A stretch of DNA of 64,000 nt, from NCBI RefSeq assembly GCF_009914755.1, contig NC_060930.1. One strand, given 5' to 3'. The position numbers and the translations under genes are program-made. Each line of letters opens with the position of its first letter. Position 1 is the stretch's first letter. The notes below the pieces were generated by a model. The model did no database searches, was not told the origin of the DNA, and saw only the letters and a program-made list of their open reading frames with translations. Origin of the DNA: the human T2T-CHM13v2.0 reference genome, Homo sapiens. Shown here piece by piece: positions 40,623 to 54,631 of this stretch.

Positions 40623-41880
40623 AAAAATATTTTAGACAACACTCTTCTGCCCATTTTTCTTCTCCCACCTACTTTTTTAAAACCTCTTTTCTCTCATAGA
40701 ACTTGTCCCTTTTCTGGATATGGGTTGTAAGATTGACCCTAGCTGAAGAAACAAAATACATGATCAAAAAAGCCAACTTTGAATTTGCCTCGGACCCTTA
40801 AAAACTCTGCCTTCAGATTGCTCAATGCATTAGGCGGTTTTGGATCCCGGAACTGTATAGTCACCATGCTAGCAGGGTGGACATTGGCTCCAAAGTCTTG
40901 CAGTGGGGGAGGAATTGGACAGTGGGAAATGCTTCTCAGAGATGATCACCTTTGGATCGTCAAGTCCTCTTCAGTTATTGTCGACTGCCTGAGGATAGGG
41001 AACATACACTGTTGTTCCTGGAGGAGATTGAAGCTCAGGGGGCTTTCTGGAGCTTGGAGACAGAAAGCTTCTGTTCCAGGAACCCCAGCATGGCAATATT
41101 GCCTTGGTGATTTTGCTACTGACAATTATCTTTGTTTTGCTCCCTAATAGTAATAATGACAATGACATTTACAATTTACATTTACAATGACAATTATAAA
41201 AACAATATTATTGTCAGCTAACATTTAATAAGTATTATGATTACTATGTTCTGGGTCTTGTGCTGATATTGAGGGCTGGCATACAATAGAGGTATTTAAC
41301 CTATCATCACCTGTATGGATTAGAAATTTCTTTCAATGAGTAACTGGTTTTTAGCAGTGCCTGGGATTGAGTGACTGTTTTGCCTTTAATTGGCAGATGG
41401 ATGAGGAAAAGATGGCAGTTTTCAAACACTTTGGAAAAGACAGTAATTGTGGATAAAACATTTCCATCCATTGTGTACATTGTGCATCTGTGTGTGTACA
41501 TAAACATACAACCATGTATAAGTAATACCTAGTCTTTGTGAGCTTAACTATTGGAATTCAGGTTTTTGATTAATTGAAGTGTTTCTTAGTGTGGATGTTG
41601 CCAAAATTAGCACTGGTGAGTCAGTCTACACTCCGTAGGATGCCAATGTTTCTAACAATTGTACACTCACAGACATTTTCACAAACATTGAAAAGACATG
41701 ACCCTGAGTAGTATTTGAAAGAACATTTAGAGCAGCTCCCTGCGATGATCTGGGGGATATATAAGTACAACTGTTAGCATGTATTCCCAAATCCAGAATA
41801 GTCTTTTGATGTTAACTGCCTCTCATGCAGTTAGCTTCTTTCACTGTCACTAACATGTTATATACTTTTTTTCTCCCAAG

Positions 41881-42046
41881 GTGGCACCTGTGTGGTCAAC
41901 CCCACAGACTTATTTTGCTCTGTCCCTGGCCGTTTGTCCCTTCTTAGTTCTACTTCCAAATACAAGGTGACCATTGCTGAGGTAAAGAGGCGCCTCTCCC
42001 CACCTGAGTGCCTCAATGCTTCACTCTTGGGAGGCATTTTGAGAAG
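41881..42046 (+). CDS. TFAP2D: TFAP2D exon 4 (166 nt; [54 protein letters not shown]; AP-2 basic DNA-binding region)
   Basis: Contains the hallmark AP-2 motif [20 protein letters not shown]...[16 protein letters not shown]. Acceptor ttttttctcccaag| with a CACTAAC branch point upstream. Donor AAG|gtaaga at 42047. Confidence 0.98.
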
Positions 42047-42165
42047 GTAAGACAAAGCTATATTCTGGCACAGAATTTCTGCTAACTGATACCATACCCT
42101 CAACCCTTAGTCATGATGTCTTCCATCTGATAGTGTATTCCCCATGTGGTCAAGTCGTCTCATAA

Positions 42166-42402
<237 letters not shown>

Positions 42403-43700
42403 TAAATTATGCTGTTTTATTTTTGTCTGTACCATTAAGCAAGTCAGTTAACAGTTAAGGTAAATTTCCTAAATTATCTTGACAATGATGATTAAATTAG
42501 ACTTAAGATTTAGATAATTCATAAAATATCATTTAATTTACTAATCTTGGTAGTAATAGGAAATAAGACAATGGAGGTTTTGGGTACTTCTCCAAATAGC
42601 CTCTAAATAACAGCAACATGAAATTGGCAGCGCTCTTGTCATTTGCATTATTGTTTATTTCAGAGTTTAAGTGAATCTAACTTAACCCATTGTAATTCAG
42701 TACAACATGATCTACAGGAGAAATAACCCTTTATGAAGAGTTCACAGGGGTCTAGGCATGATACTGAGCCTGAAAGCATATTGTATTAATCCTAGTAGAC
42801 CTCTCTAAAGACATGGTGAACTTTCAAGGCTGTATGGGTGGATAAGCTCAGCTCAGTCAGAGAGAGGTTAAGGTTAACCAGTAGTATAGAAAGAGAAATG
42901 GAAATGAATATATTCCCAGAAGTTGTTTTATTTCCAACTTACCTCTTTCCTTTTTTTCTCCTATTAAGGTCTAAACTTTACATATTCTTATTCAGTCTTC
43001 TTTTAAGGAGAGTTATTATTGAAAGGCTTTTTTTTTAACATTGTGGGGAACTTTTTGAATGTCAAAGGAAAGTTTTTTCATCATGTGGAATGCTATTGTT
43101 TAAAATATAAAAGGCAGGGGCCTTTTGCCAAGCCTCACCTTGAACACACCTGTGTTACTTCATACATCCATTATTTGTCTATATGGCACTGTAGGAAGTA
43201 GTGAATGAAGCACAAAACCAAACATCTATACTTTTTTTCAGATTTTCAATACGTAGCATTTATTGTACAACACTGAGAAGTAGTGTGTTCTTGACATTTG
43301 TCTTGGCAGAATTGCTTTGGTGATTTTGCTCTTAACAGCCATCTTTGCTGTGTTCCCTGATAGTAGTCACAATAATAACAACCACAACAATAACACTGAC
43401 AACTGACATTTACTGTGTTACTATTACCATGTTCTAGGTCTTGTGTTGTGTTTGCCTGCGTGTGCTGGTACTAAAGGCTGGCATATGGTAGATGGCTTTA
43501 ACCTATCATACACCCACATTGGGGAAGAGCAAAGTAGAAAAAAAAATGACTAATGGATTGATTCCAAAGGGAGACAGATTTCTGCACATTTTAAGTAAAA
43601 ATGTGGGTTAAAATTATAGTTATCATTGTTTAAAAATATAACAAAACAGTTGCTCAGGATAATAGAGGGGATTCAAGAATCATATGGGTGGTAGGACTCG

Positions 43701-43873
43701 AGTAGTTCTCAAACCCAACTCCACAGAAGAGTCAATTGAAAAGATTTCTTACAAAGTGCCTAGGTCTCATTCCCAAATCAACTGAAACTCATTCTGGGGT
43801 GATGGCTTAGGCATCTAAAGTTTTTAAAGCTCCCCAGGTGATTCTGATGTATAGTGGTGTTTAAATATCATTG
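43701..43873. mobile_element. MER5-type hAT-Charlie element
   Basis: agtagttctcaaac...tttttaaagctccccaggtgattctgatg. Confidence 0.75.
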
Positions 43874-46800
43874 ATTTAATTGTTCCTTGGAACCCTTTTC
43901 ACCACCCGGGATGATTGTGTATGAATGCTCATGAAATTTCTAATTGGTGTGAAAATTATCAATCCCAGTAAAGACTTTTCTCCAAGCTGTCTATGAAAGT
44001 ACTGGTCAGTACTAACGGAAGACCCACAAAAACTATGTTCACAATTCTTACTGATTTTTATGGTAGCCAAGAGCACTGGGATATCCTGCATGGGAATTAT
44101 CAATCTGTACTAGCTTCAAGGGTGCAGGTCAAATATGTGGAATCCTAGGATGATCTCTGGAGTCTTGCCATCCTACTCTTTCTGCATACCTCTCCTATCC
44201 CAAAAGTGCCCGACTTGTATTCTATTCCTGTGGCCTCTGCTCAGAGATAGCTATCAGCCTTGGCTAATGAAACAAGATTTTATCCTTTTGAGGAGCATCT
44301 TATCTTAATTGTGTGCTTTTGAAATCCCCAGTATCTTCAGGATGTAGAGAAATAAATCTTTCACTATTGAATTCCAGGCACATTGATGAAACCTTAGAAA
44401 ACAGATTTAGAGTCAAAGAGATCTTTTGCGCCCTTCCGCTCTTGACATAGTAAGACCCTCAAACCCACTTTCATACACACACACACACACACACACATTG
44501 AAGTTTTAGTACTATGTACAATATTCTCTGACATTTTAATTTGATTCCATATTTTGTTTCTTTTAATGTTCCTTGTAAACCCACTACATTTATTTCACAA
44601 CTCACTGTCGAGTCATGAGTCATGACCTACAGTTTTAAAAATTACAAGTTATATTGGGGTATGAGGAGAACATAATCTTTGACATACAAGGACATTATAT
44701 CTACATTGAAATAGGCTTCATTATAACCCTGAGCTGACATGAAGAGTGACTTCATTGTTGATGACTCTCTTTTATATTTTTATCCCCATATTTCAGTTGG
44801 GTTGGTGGTAACAGCTGATGACTCCTTTCCAGCCAGCAAGATGCCATGTTCTGAATTAGATCATGGCCCCTGGAACTCTGCAGATGGTATTAGGTGTATA
44901 CAGAATAATAGTAACCCAACTCTGATTCATCAAACCTCCTGGGACATTGAAATCATTGATGTTTATCAGCATTTTTGGCAACTTGATCCAACATGGGTCT
45001 AATGTTTGTTCCATTTCTACAGTTTTACTCCTGTATGAATTTCACCATACTTACTATTTCTTGTTTATAAATTCTTGGATTGACCGTGTTTTTGAGTAAT
45101 GTTTTCTCCCTCAATCAAATATTTTTGCAAGAGCCAGAAACTTTTTAGACATTTTTATTTTCAAAAATTCAAAAACTAGATTTTTAGTATCTAAAACAGG
45201 CCATTGGCTTTCTTATATGGTCTTTCTATGGTCTTGTGGGAAAGAATACGAATATTTCTTTCATCATTTTTAAACTGAAATCTCTCCTTTATCTTCTGGA
45301 TTTTCTATATTAACTTATATGTGCATTTTAATTACCAACAGTTAGTAACTTAACTTTTCTCAACTATCTCTAGAAACTGTTGCTGAAATTGTTATAGAGT
45401 AGTCTAGCTATGACCAGATGAGTAGTTTCTCAAACATCCTAATGGCCCAATACATTACTGGGGTTCAATCATACCCCCACATTTTGGCATAATATTGAGC
45501 ATAGGAGAAAAAAATATCTAATTGATTGTATTCCTCACAGAGCAGACTTAGAAATAAATCTCATGAAGGTTAAACTTCTACGACTTTGCAGTACTTGACT
45601 CTGCCTCTTTGTGGGGAAGATTTGAATACAGCCTTGCCATTGTTGATATTTTCATAGACTACCAATGAAGGAATAGTGTGTGGGGACCCTGGAAGGCTTT
45701 CCACACAGAGATGATGTAATCTTTGTGAAGAGCCAATCAATGAACATAAGTGCCTTATGATGGGGATTCAAATTAGCAAATGAGCATTTGTTTTTCACAA
45801 ACAACACTTGTTACTGACATAACAGGTTTCATTAGCATATCCCTAGGTTTCTATGCTTGCCTTTGGTTTTTACTTTTAAAAAATTATTTTAAAAATCATT
45901 TTTCCTATATTCCTTTTAAATGGAGTCACTGTATGAATAGCTCCTAGCTTTGTTTTCAAATCCACATATTAGAGCCATTATTCTTAGAAATCATTTTAGG
46001 GATGTATAAGATAGGGTTATTTGATGCAAATTTATACTATATTCCAATAATTCACAACTTTTCTGTTACAAATATTATTGTACCTACGAACTAATAGGAT
46101 GAAGAACTTTAGACTAACTGAATGTTTTTCCACCTGATAAAGTTGTTTGAAAAGTGAACATTTTAGTAAGGCAGATATTTAGACTGGGGATTTTGGGGGG
46201 TCTACATAACATAGATTGTTTAATTTTGAATGAGATAGAAATATTTGAATTGAGTCCCACGAAAGCAATACCACATTTAATTTCTTTTTCAACTCATATG
46301 TCTTCATCTAAGTGGTTTAAATCTATAGGTAATAATTAGATATAACTCCTTGTATGCTGTTTTATTACAAGTCTCTTCTTTCCATTTTCCTTTGCTAATT
46401 ACATTGCTCTCATCCATTCTAGTATCTACAATATCAGAAAGATGTCAGTCTCTGAAAAATACAGTGGCTTGGATTTGCTTAACTGATCTTCTTGAAGAGA
46501 TGTTGGAATAATTTTATACTCTTCTAGAGTGGAAATAATTCTCTTCTAGAGTGGAAACTATTCTCTCTAGAAAACATTCAAGGAATTTGACTAATATCAT
46601 AATTCTAGTTTTAACACCCTTGTTATATGTTTATTATTCTTGAATTGGCAACTTCTGTGGATGCCTCCTCCATATTTTACTTCAGAAGTATGTTTGCAGA
46701 GTTGGTGGTTATTCAAATAAATACAAGGAGTCAATGACCTTGTCCTTCCTGCATATCACTCCCTTCTTATCTAGGAAGTTCCAAGATGAATGACATCGCA

Positions 46801-47004
46801 GAGTATTACCAGAAGGGAATTCTGTCTGCCTGAGTGGTGTGCTTCCTGGGACAGTTTTGCTGCATTTGCAAAAGCTTGTGTAACCTTCTCAGCCAACACT
46901 CAGGGTTCTGAAAGTATAGATTATTTAAGCTCGTAAATATAAATACCTTGAGCTGAAATTTGTTATGATAGAAGATCAAATTCTCTCTCTCTGTCTCTCT
47001 TTCT

Positions 47005-47005
<1 letters not shown>

Positions 47006-47042
<37 letters not shown>
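47006..47042 (+). repeat. (TG)n microsatellite
   Basis: Read directly. Confidence 0.95.
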
Positions 47043-47044
<2 letters not shown>

Positions 47045-47404
47045 AAACAGTGTGGGACAATGGAGGGTATAAATATGTATCAGCAAAAGAAAGGGAACCA
47101 GTTCCAAATATTGTGTATGATCTCCATCAATCTTTCTCAGTTTAAATCCTTAGTAACTGTTGCTCTTGTCTTTCATTTCAAAATATATACTCTCAGACCC
47201 TATCTTGGACATCTTAGCTCATGTAAATTAGTTGTTTTGTGCCACTTGCAAAATCTATTAACCCTTTGCCTGGTACTCCTCCCACCACCTCTTACCCTCA
47301 GAATAATATCATTTTTGAAGTAGGGCCTGACTTTGGACTGGTTACTTAACCTAGCTGAGCTTCATTTTCCTAATTCATAAATAAAGACCATCATATCTAT
47401 AATG

Positions 47405-47850
47405 ATGAGGATAATGCCAGCTGTTATAACAGTTCCCAAAATGTCTTTGGCTTAACATAATAGAAGCTAATTTCTCACTCATCGCAGTCTGATGTGAATG
47501 TTCATTATCAGGGACTTTTTTATTGTCAGTGTCTCATTCGCAGACCCAGGGACCCAGAATTCTTCCATCCATAGCTTACTCTGCCTAAGTCTTAGGAATC
47601 CTATTCATTTAGCTCACAGATAAGGAAAGGCATAATGGTGGAAGTATACTGCTTCTTATCCACTCTAGCCAGAAAATTACCCAGTTACTACTATTCTCAT
47701 TCTATAAGAACTAATCACGTGACCACACCTTATTGTGAGGATGACAGTGGGATATGCTAGAAAATGTAATCTCTAGCTTGGCAGAGTCTTCTCCGAAACA
47801 ACTCTATCATATATAAAGAAAAGATAAAAATTTTATGGTCTGGCACCCAT
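47405..47850. mobile_element. Old MLT1-type LTR
   Basis: tggcttaacataatagaagctaatttctcactca...agaactaatcacgtgaccacacct...aaatgtaatctctagc. Confidence 0.55.
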
Positions 47851-47959
47851 ATCTACCCACAACATCTGACCTATGTTTCTTTTGCAGGATTAACTATATT
47901 CACATAGATTAAACATTTGCACAATAGGCCCCTCATAGAGCCACTAAATAAAAATTAGT

Positions 47960-48290
47960 ACATGTATCCTAATGTGTGGTTTCTGGAGTCAAACTTGTCT
48001 GAACTCACTTCTACACTTGCTGTAAGGGAAGACACATAACTTGTCTGAGCATAAGTGTCCTTATTTATAAGGTGGTGTTAAAAAATAACACCCTTCACAT
48101 AAGATTGTTGCAAGGGTTAAATCAGAATGTTTGCAAAGCACTTACCATAGTGCCCAGAATAAAGTCATTATTCTCAAATGAGAAAACTAAAAGCAAAGTG
48201 AGAATAGCTGTTATGCACAGGATTATACAATTGGGTGCAGCAAGGATGAGAACCCAGATCTTCTGGTTTGCAGCATCATGGCATATTTTC
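47960..48290. mobile_element. Two adjacent MIR fragments in opposite orientation
   Basis: ctggagtcaaac...aagattgttgcaagggttaaat...aaagcacttaccatagtgcc, followed by aaatgagaaaact...gaacccagatc. Confidence 0.55.
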
Positions 48291-49987
48291 CATTTGGATT
48301 TGTGTTTGTGGCATATATCATGAACAGTTTCATTGCTGAGTTACTTCTGAATTTAACTAAAGTAAAACTCACGGATAGAAAAAAGGTTACCAATCTTTGA
48401 GCCTGTTTTTCACGTTAGATTGGTCCTCCCCTCCTGCTAGGAACCCTGAACAAGTTTCTTGAACTTTCTTATGTCCAAGCTTCAAAAACTTTGTTCACTA
48501 GTACAGGGTTTTTAAAACCTGATGAACCTTCTGCTTCTACTTAATCCCTCAAAGTTAGGGGGACATTAAATCTTGGTTTAATCTCTTCTGGAATAATTAT
48601 CAATAGTATCCATTGTACTTTTTAAAGGATGCCAATTCATTAAGTTATTAGTTACAAGATTCCCCTACAAAACCTTTTTATTCCACTCTGGCCAAACTTC
48701 CAAAAGGCAGTAGAAAGAAATCCTACCACTTGGTGGTATTTCCCTTCTACCTTTAATCTTGAGCCTAAATTATTGCATTCCCAAGAAACAAGGGAAAACA
48801 ACCGATTTGTCAATGAACTCTTTCCTATAGATAAGGTCTACTAAGAAAGTTTTCTTGATGTGATTATTCTGTGACTTTGGAAAGAAGTATCATTGACTGC
48901 ATGAGACTTGTAGGCTTGAAAACCGGAATCATTTTGCCAATTATTAGGGATAACATCTGTTTAGGGAATGCTCATTGTAAGTCATTCTTCTCATAGAGTT
49001 TAGAACAAAGCTAATATTCTCATTGCTCTTACACAGGTACCAACAATGGGCTTTTTTTGGGTGGTGGTGGTGACATATGAAACTAAAAGTCATATGAAAC
49101 TTGAGCAACTCATGGACCTCATTTCCCAAATAGCTCCTTCACTGGCCTTCTCCAGACATTACTTTCCCACATTAGTCCCACCTTTGGGAGAAAGGTTTTC
49201 AGCTTTCTTCTAAAAGTATATTTGATATGAAAAGTGTAGTGCGTTGACCTCTTGTATTAATAGCTCTAGTTGATGTTCACTTTAGTCAGACAGTCTCACC
49301 TGGAAAAGCTCTGCTGTTCCCTTTTACATACACACATTCTGGCACTCACAGTGTCTTCTTGGAGACAGTTTTGCATAGTTTTTAGACTATTAGGTTTCGT
49401 ATCATTCATAAATGTCTTATTCTAAGCACAGAATAATTTCTATCTAGGAGACTCTGCTTCAGTAATTGGTAATTAGATAAAACTTATTGTTATCTATTAT
49501 CTAAAAACTTAACATTTATCAGTATTCAAAAATTGGTCTCAATGAACCTAAAATAGTATCACACAATATTATGGATAAATATATACCATATTAGAGTATA
49601 TCTTTTAAAATTATTTGCAAGCTTTCTAATATCACTCCCCAGGGCTGCATTTTAAGATTTCATTCATTTCTGTGTGGTGGGGATGGTATTTGCATGTAGA
49701 GGCAGAAGGAATAGGATACTATATATACGTCACTGTGTTTGACTATGTGCTTGGGTGTCCATAAACTCCTGTTCCTACTCATGGTGACTGTGCCACATAA
49801 AGACAAATATAGCCAAACCAATTTGCCTCAGTTTTTCCCTTGCCACCTTTGATCTAGCTCATTATTCTCTCTTGCACATAGTGATGCTCACTAAAAATAA
49901 CGTTTGAATTCTCTTCTTAGTGTCTTTCTTTTCTTTTTTCTATGATTCTTCCTTTCAAAACTTAATGGATCAACTAATGCTTTATTC

Positions 49988-50288
49988 CTTTTTTTGTTTT
50001 TTGCTTTGTTTTGTTTTTAGAGACAGTCTTAAGAGCTCCGTTGTCCAGACTGGAGTGTAGTGGCATGAACACAGCTCACTACAGCCTCTACCTCCTAGAC
50101 TCAAGGGGTCTTCCTGCCTCAGCCTCCTGAGTAGCTGAGACCACAGACACGTGCCACCATGCTTGGCTAATTTTTGATTTTTTGGTGGAGATGGGGATCT
50201 CACTTTTTTGCCCAGGTTGGCCTGGCTCAAGTGACCCTTCCGCCTTGGCCTCCCAAAGGCTAGATTATAGGAAAGAGCTGTGGCCCCC
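49988..50288 (-). mobile_element. AluJ-like, antisense
   Basis: T-rich tail, ctggagtgtagtggcatgaacacagctcactacagcct...ccttggcctcccaaagg. Confidence 0.9.
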
Positions 50289-50489
50289 ATTGCTTACATT
50301 TATTGAAATTTGTAGGTATTTTAATCAAATTGCAGGCTGTAATTATTCTTAGTGATGACTAACTTTTATTGAATAACAATGGAAAACTTGGAATTACCCA
50401 CGTTCCATCTACAATAAACATTTGAGTTCAGAATTAAATCTAAGAATAAGGCAAAGAGTAATTTTACTTTTTGATTGATTAATATAAGT

Positions 50490-51720
50490 TTAAATAAATA
50501 ATACAAACAAATAGTTCAGGATTCAAAAGTTACAGAAAAGTATTCAGTAAAATACTTCCTTTTCACTCTGTTCCCCAGTCATTCAGTTCCCCTCCCAGAA
50601 GAAAACAAATGTTATTAGTTGATCTTTTTCCTTCCAAGGATATATGTGTGTATCTCTTTTATTCATTTTTAAAACAAATTATAGCATTCTGTAGATACTA
50701 TTTTGCAATCAATTTTTTGAGTTTGTCTTAGTGTTCATTCTTTTTTTTCAGTGCTTACAAGTTGTTTGTTCTTTTAAAAAGTCGTGGTATTTCACTGAAT
50801 GAATTTATTACAATTTATTTAACCAGTCCTCTTCTGAATATCATTTAGGTGTTTTCAGTCTTTGGCTATTACAAATAGTGGTTCAATGAAGAACCTCAAA
50901 CTTATATAAATAGTTCCACAGATATGCAAGTACATATCTTCAATAAATGTCTAGGAATGGCGTTGCAGGGTCAAAAAATGATTTGCATTTATAGTTTTGA
51001 TTGATTATTGGCAGATTCTCCTTAATAGTGGTTGCAAATTTATAATCCTATTAGCAATGAGGGTAAGAAGCATTGACATTATAGTACTTTCCTGTACTCT
51101 AAATTAAACAGGAGGCTATCAATTTTTTTATCATTGCTTATTTGATTGACTAAAAAAACCCTCTATTATGAAGGAGATTCAGAATATTCTTGGACTTTTA
51201 TGAGCTTTTCTATTTACTTATTTTGTATTTATGGAGTAATATTTGTACTTTCGTTATTGATTTGTAAGTTTTCAGTCTCTATTAGGAAAATTGGCTTATT
51301 AAATGTTAGTATGTCTTTCATATGACTTACTTTCATTTTTCAGTTGGCTGTTATGGGTTTTTGTTTATTTGCTTTGTTTATTGAGGTCTTTGCATGCAGA
51401 ACTTTTTTACATTAATATAATTATATTTTCACATTTTATTTCATGGCTTTTAGTTTTAATTGCAACACTGTACAAGGCCTTTTTAATTCCAAGATCATAA
51501 AAAATACCATGTTATCTTCTAATTACTATGTGGTTTCATTTTTCTATGTTTAAATCTATGATCCATCTGGACTTTTGTTTCATGGCCAAATGTATGCTAC
51601 AGATCCAGTTTTATTTGTTTTTTTCCAGGTGGCCACCTTGTTGGCTTAACATTTTCTATTGATAATCCACCTTTTCCCTACTAACTTTAAGTGCAAGCTT
51701 CATCTTATATTAAATCACCC
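50490..51720 (-). mobile_element. Highly diverged L1M (L1ME/MC-like) fragment
   Basis: aatttatttaaccagtcc...catttaggtgttttcagtctttggctattacaaatagtg...tatgatccatctgga in T-rich sequence. Confidence 0.7.
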
Positions 51721-52097
51721 TTAACAAATATGCTTTTCCAATAGGCTGAAGTCTTTGTTTCCCTAACAATGCTATCTCTACTTCTACTACCACATTTTCT
51801 CTTTTGTCTATAGAGTTCATACCATATTAGCCAAATAAGGGAGATCTCATCATGCAAGAATCCAGCCAGATAGAGGCTCTTATAGTTTCATATTAACTCG
51901 CTAGTGGCTGCTTTCCCTTTTGTATAAGTCATAGAATCCTTACATTTTTGGAAGATGTGCAGTTCATCCTCACCTACTGCTTTCTCTTTATCTTAGGACA
52001 GTGGTTTCTCAACTCTGGTTTGAGAGAATTACTTTAGGAGCATTCAAAAACTGCAGATGCCCTGGCACCAGAGATTAATTGATACGGGGTGAAACAC

Positions 52098-52531
52098 TTT
52101 TTTTTCTATGATACTTTAAGTTCTAGGGTACATGTGCACAACATGCAGGTTTGTTACATATGTATACATGTGCCATGTTGGTGTGCTGCACCCATTAACT
52201 CGTCATTTACATTAGGTATATCTCCTAATGCTATCCCTCTCCCCTACCCCCACCCCACGACAGGCCCCAATGTGTGATGTTCCCCACCCTGTGTCCAAGT
52301 GTTCTCATTGTTCAATTCCCACCTATGAGTGAGAACATGTGGTGTTTGGTTTTCTGTCCTTGGGATAGTTTGCTCAGAATGATGGTTTCCAGCTACATCC
52401 ATGTCCCTACAAAGGACATGAACTCATCCTTTTTTATGGCTGCATAGTATTCCATGGTGTATATGTGCCACATTTTTTTAATCCAGTCTATCATTGATGG
52501 ACATTTGGATTGGTTCCAAGTCTTTGCTATT
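52098..52531 (-). mobile_element. L1PA 3' end inserted into a MER5-like element (about 51998-52595)
   Basis: tactttaagttctagggtacatgtgcacaacatgcagg...tggttccaagtctttgctatt. Flanks are ggtgaaacacttt and ggtgaaaaacattt. MER5-like termini cagtggtttctcaac and gggttgagaaagcctg. Confidence 0.95.
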
Positions 52532-53445
52532 GGTGAAAAACATTTTTTAAAGCAAATTTCTAGGTTATGGGAGTAGCAAGGGTTGAGAAAGCCTGCCTTC
52601 AAGTATAGTCTATTTTATTAAATGGCTCCACTGATAGAGGGATATACTCTATTTTTCTATTTTTCATAGGTTTTTCTGTATATATTTAATTCTTTCTAAC
52701 AAGTCTCTTTTGCTCTAGTTCTTCCCTATATTCTAGGAGGGGATGCTTCACAAGACTATTGTCATAATTAACATACTGTTAACATAATCTGAAAGCTTTT
52801 TCATTTAACAAATGTCTACTGAGTACCTATTGTGAATCAGATGCTGTGCTAAGTGCAGGATATTGAATGGGGAATGAAACTTTCACTTTGAAACACAAAG
52901 TGTTGGTGTTTGACAAAAGCAACATCAAACTAGTAAAACTACTATATTATAAGGCACCTCTCCAGGCCATAGATCGTATGATGTATAGAGCTGTAGAATG
53001 CATTCCTTTCCGAAGAGTCTGGGAAATCTGTAAGTCAGGGCATCAGATATACTTACTTTGTGCTTCAGCTCCAGGGTTTGCTAAAGCTTGATAGTATAAG
53101 AATTTACTTAATTCGCAAATTTGCTTTCTAATAGATAGTTCTTGGAATAATCCCATAGAATTGAATGTGCTATTTCCCTATATGTGAAAATAAAATTCAA
53201 ATCATAAATATATGACTGGAGTTTAACACATACAAATTGTTATTTTCATTTAATAACATTGGGTTTTGCAACACTAAGTTAAACTCAATTGTTTTTAAGG
53301 CAATATTGTTAGAGTGACAGTTGATGAGAATTATCTATTGAATAACAATGTACAAGTACTGCTTAGTAAAAATTAGTGTTAAATATTAATTTTTTAGTTG
53401 TGTAAAGTAATTTTTTTAAAAAATACCATAATTTTAAAGAAAGAA

Positions 53446-53760
53446 TTTTGTTTGTTTGTTTGTTTGTTTGTTTTGAGATGTAGTCTCACTTTGTCGCCCA
53501 GGCTGGAGTGTAGTGGCACAGTCTCAGCTCACTGCAACTTCCGCCTCCCGAGTTCAAGCAATTCTCTGCCTCAGCCTTCTGAGTAGCTAGGATTGCAGGT
53601 GCCCGCCACCACACCCAGCTAAATATTTTTTTTTGTATTTTTAATAGAGATGGGGTTTCACCATCTTGGCCAGGCTGGTCTTAAACTCCTGACCTCGTGA
53701 TCCACTGGGCTTGGCCTCCCAAAGTGCTGGGATTACAGGCATGAGCCACCACACCCGGCC
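53446..53760 (-). mobile_element. Full-length AluS, antisense, with TSD
   Basis: (TTTG)n tail through cccggcc. TAAAGAAAGAA at 53435-53445 and 53761-53771. Confidence 0.96.
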
Positions 53761-54309
53761 TAAAGAAAGAAAAATTCTTAATGACTGTATAACAGATTGA
53801 AAGTCAGGTATATTTATTTTTATTGTTAAAATGCATTTAAACCTGCTTCTTATAAAACTCAGGATCTTGGCACAATGTGCAGTTTTTCCTTAAAAAACAT
53901 TTTGCCATTAACTTTCTATTTCAGAGCAACATCAATGAATGTCACTTAAATTTTTCCTAATATTTCTTCCTAATTTTTTACTTTTTGCTTTGGAGTGTGG
54001 AAAAATGAATTCTCTAAAATCAACGAGCAAATTTATCTTTTACGTTCTTGCTATGTTCTGAAATTTATTTGTGCCTGCTTTTTAAGAGATATGTTTAATA
54101 TAAGTATTAAATATCTGTATTTAATATAAGTATTTAATATAAGTATTTAATATAAGTATTACTATTGAAAAGATGAATATCCTTCATGGTTTTCACTTTT
54201 TTAGTAGGTGGGGTTACTACGTGGCACATACAGCCTAAAGCCTTGCTCTTGGAATACTTTTCTCCAAGCACCAACCTGATCCACCTACACACCCATGTAC
54301 CCTACTTCT

Positions 54310-54631
54310 TTTTTTAAACTTTTATTTTAAGTTCAGGGGTACAAATGCAAGTTTGTTACATAGATAAATTTGTGTTGTGGGTGGTGGTTGTGCCAGTTAT
54401 TTCATCACCCAGGTATTAAGGCTAGTACCTATTGGTTATTTTTCCCGATCTCTCTCCTCCCACTCTCCACCCTCCAGAAGACCCCTGTATGTGTTGCTCC
54501 TTTCTATGTGTCCATGTGTTCTCATCATTTAGCCTCCACTTATAAGTGAGGACATGTGGTATTTGATTTTCTGTTCCTGTGTTAGTTTGCTAAGGATACT
54601 GGCCTAAGACCTAAAGACAGAAATACCATTC
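54310..54631 (-). mobile_element. Older L1PA 3' end with a short 5' inversion and TSD
   Basis: aagttcaggggtaca...ttatttcatcacccaggtattaag. Sense-strand L1 piece at 54606-54631. TA(C/T)CCTACTTCT at 54298-54309 and 54632-54643. Confidence 0.9.

Noticed and set aside
52393-52602. ORFs resembling the L1 ORF2 C-terminus (also 6409..6645)
   Set aside because: Short dead 3' fragments of L1, not functional reverse transcriptase genes.
54095-54160. Short tandem duplications (13-mer here; others near 7175, 19704, 23450, 46520 and 60765) as a CRISPR-like array
   Set aside because: Two to four copies with no unique regular spacers and no cas genes. These are ordinary slippage duplications.
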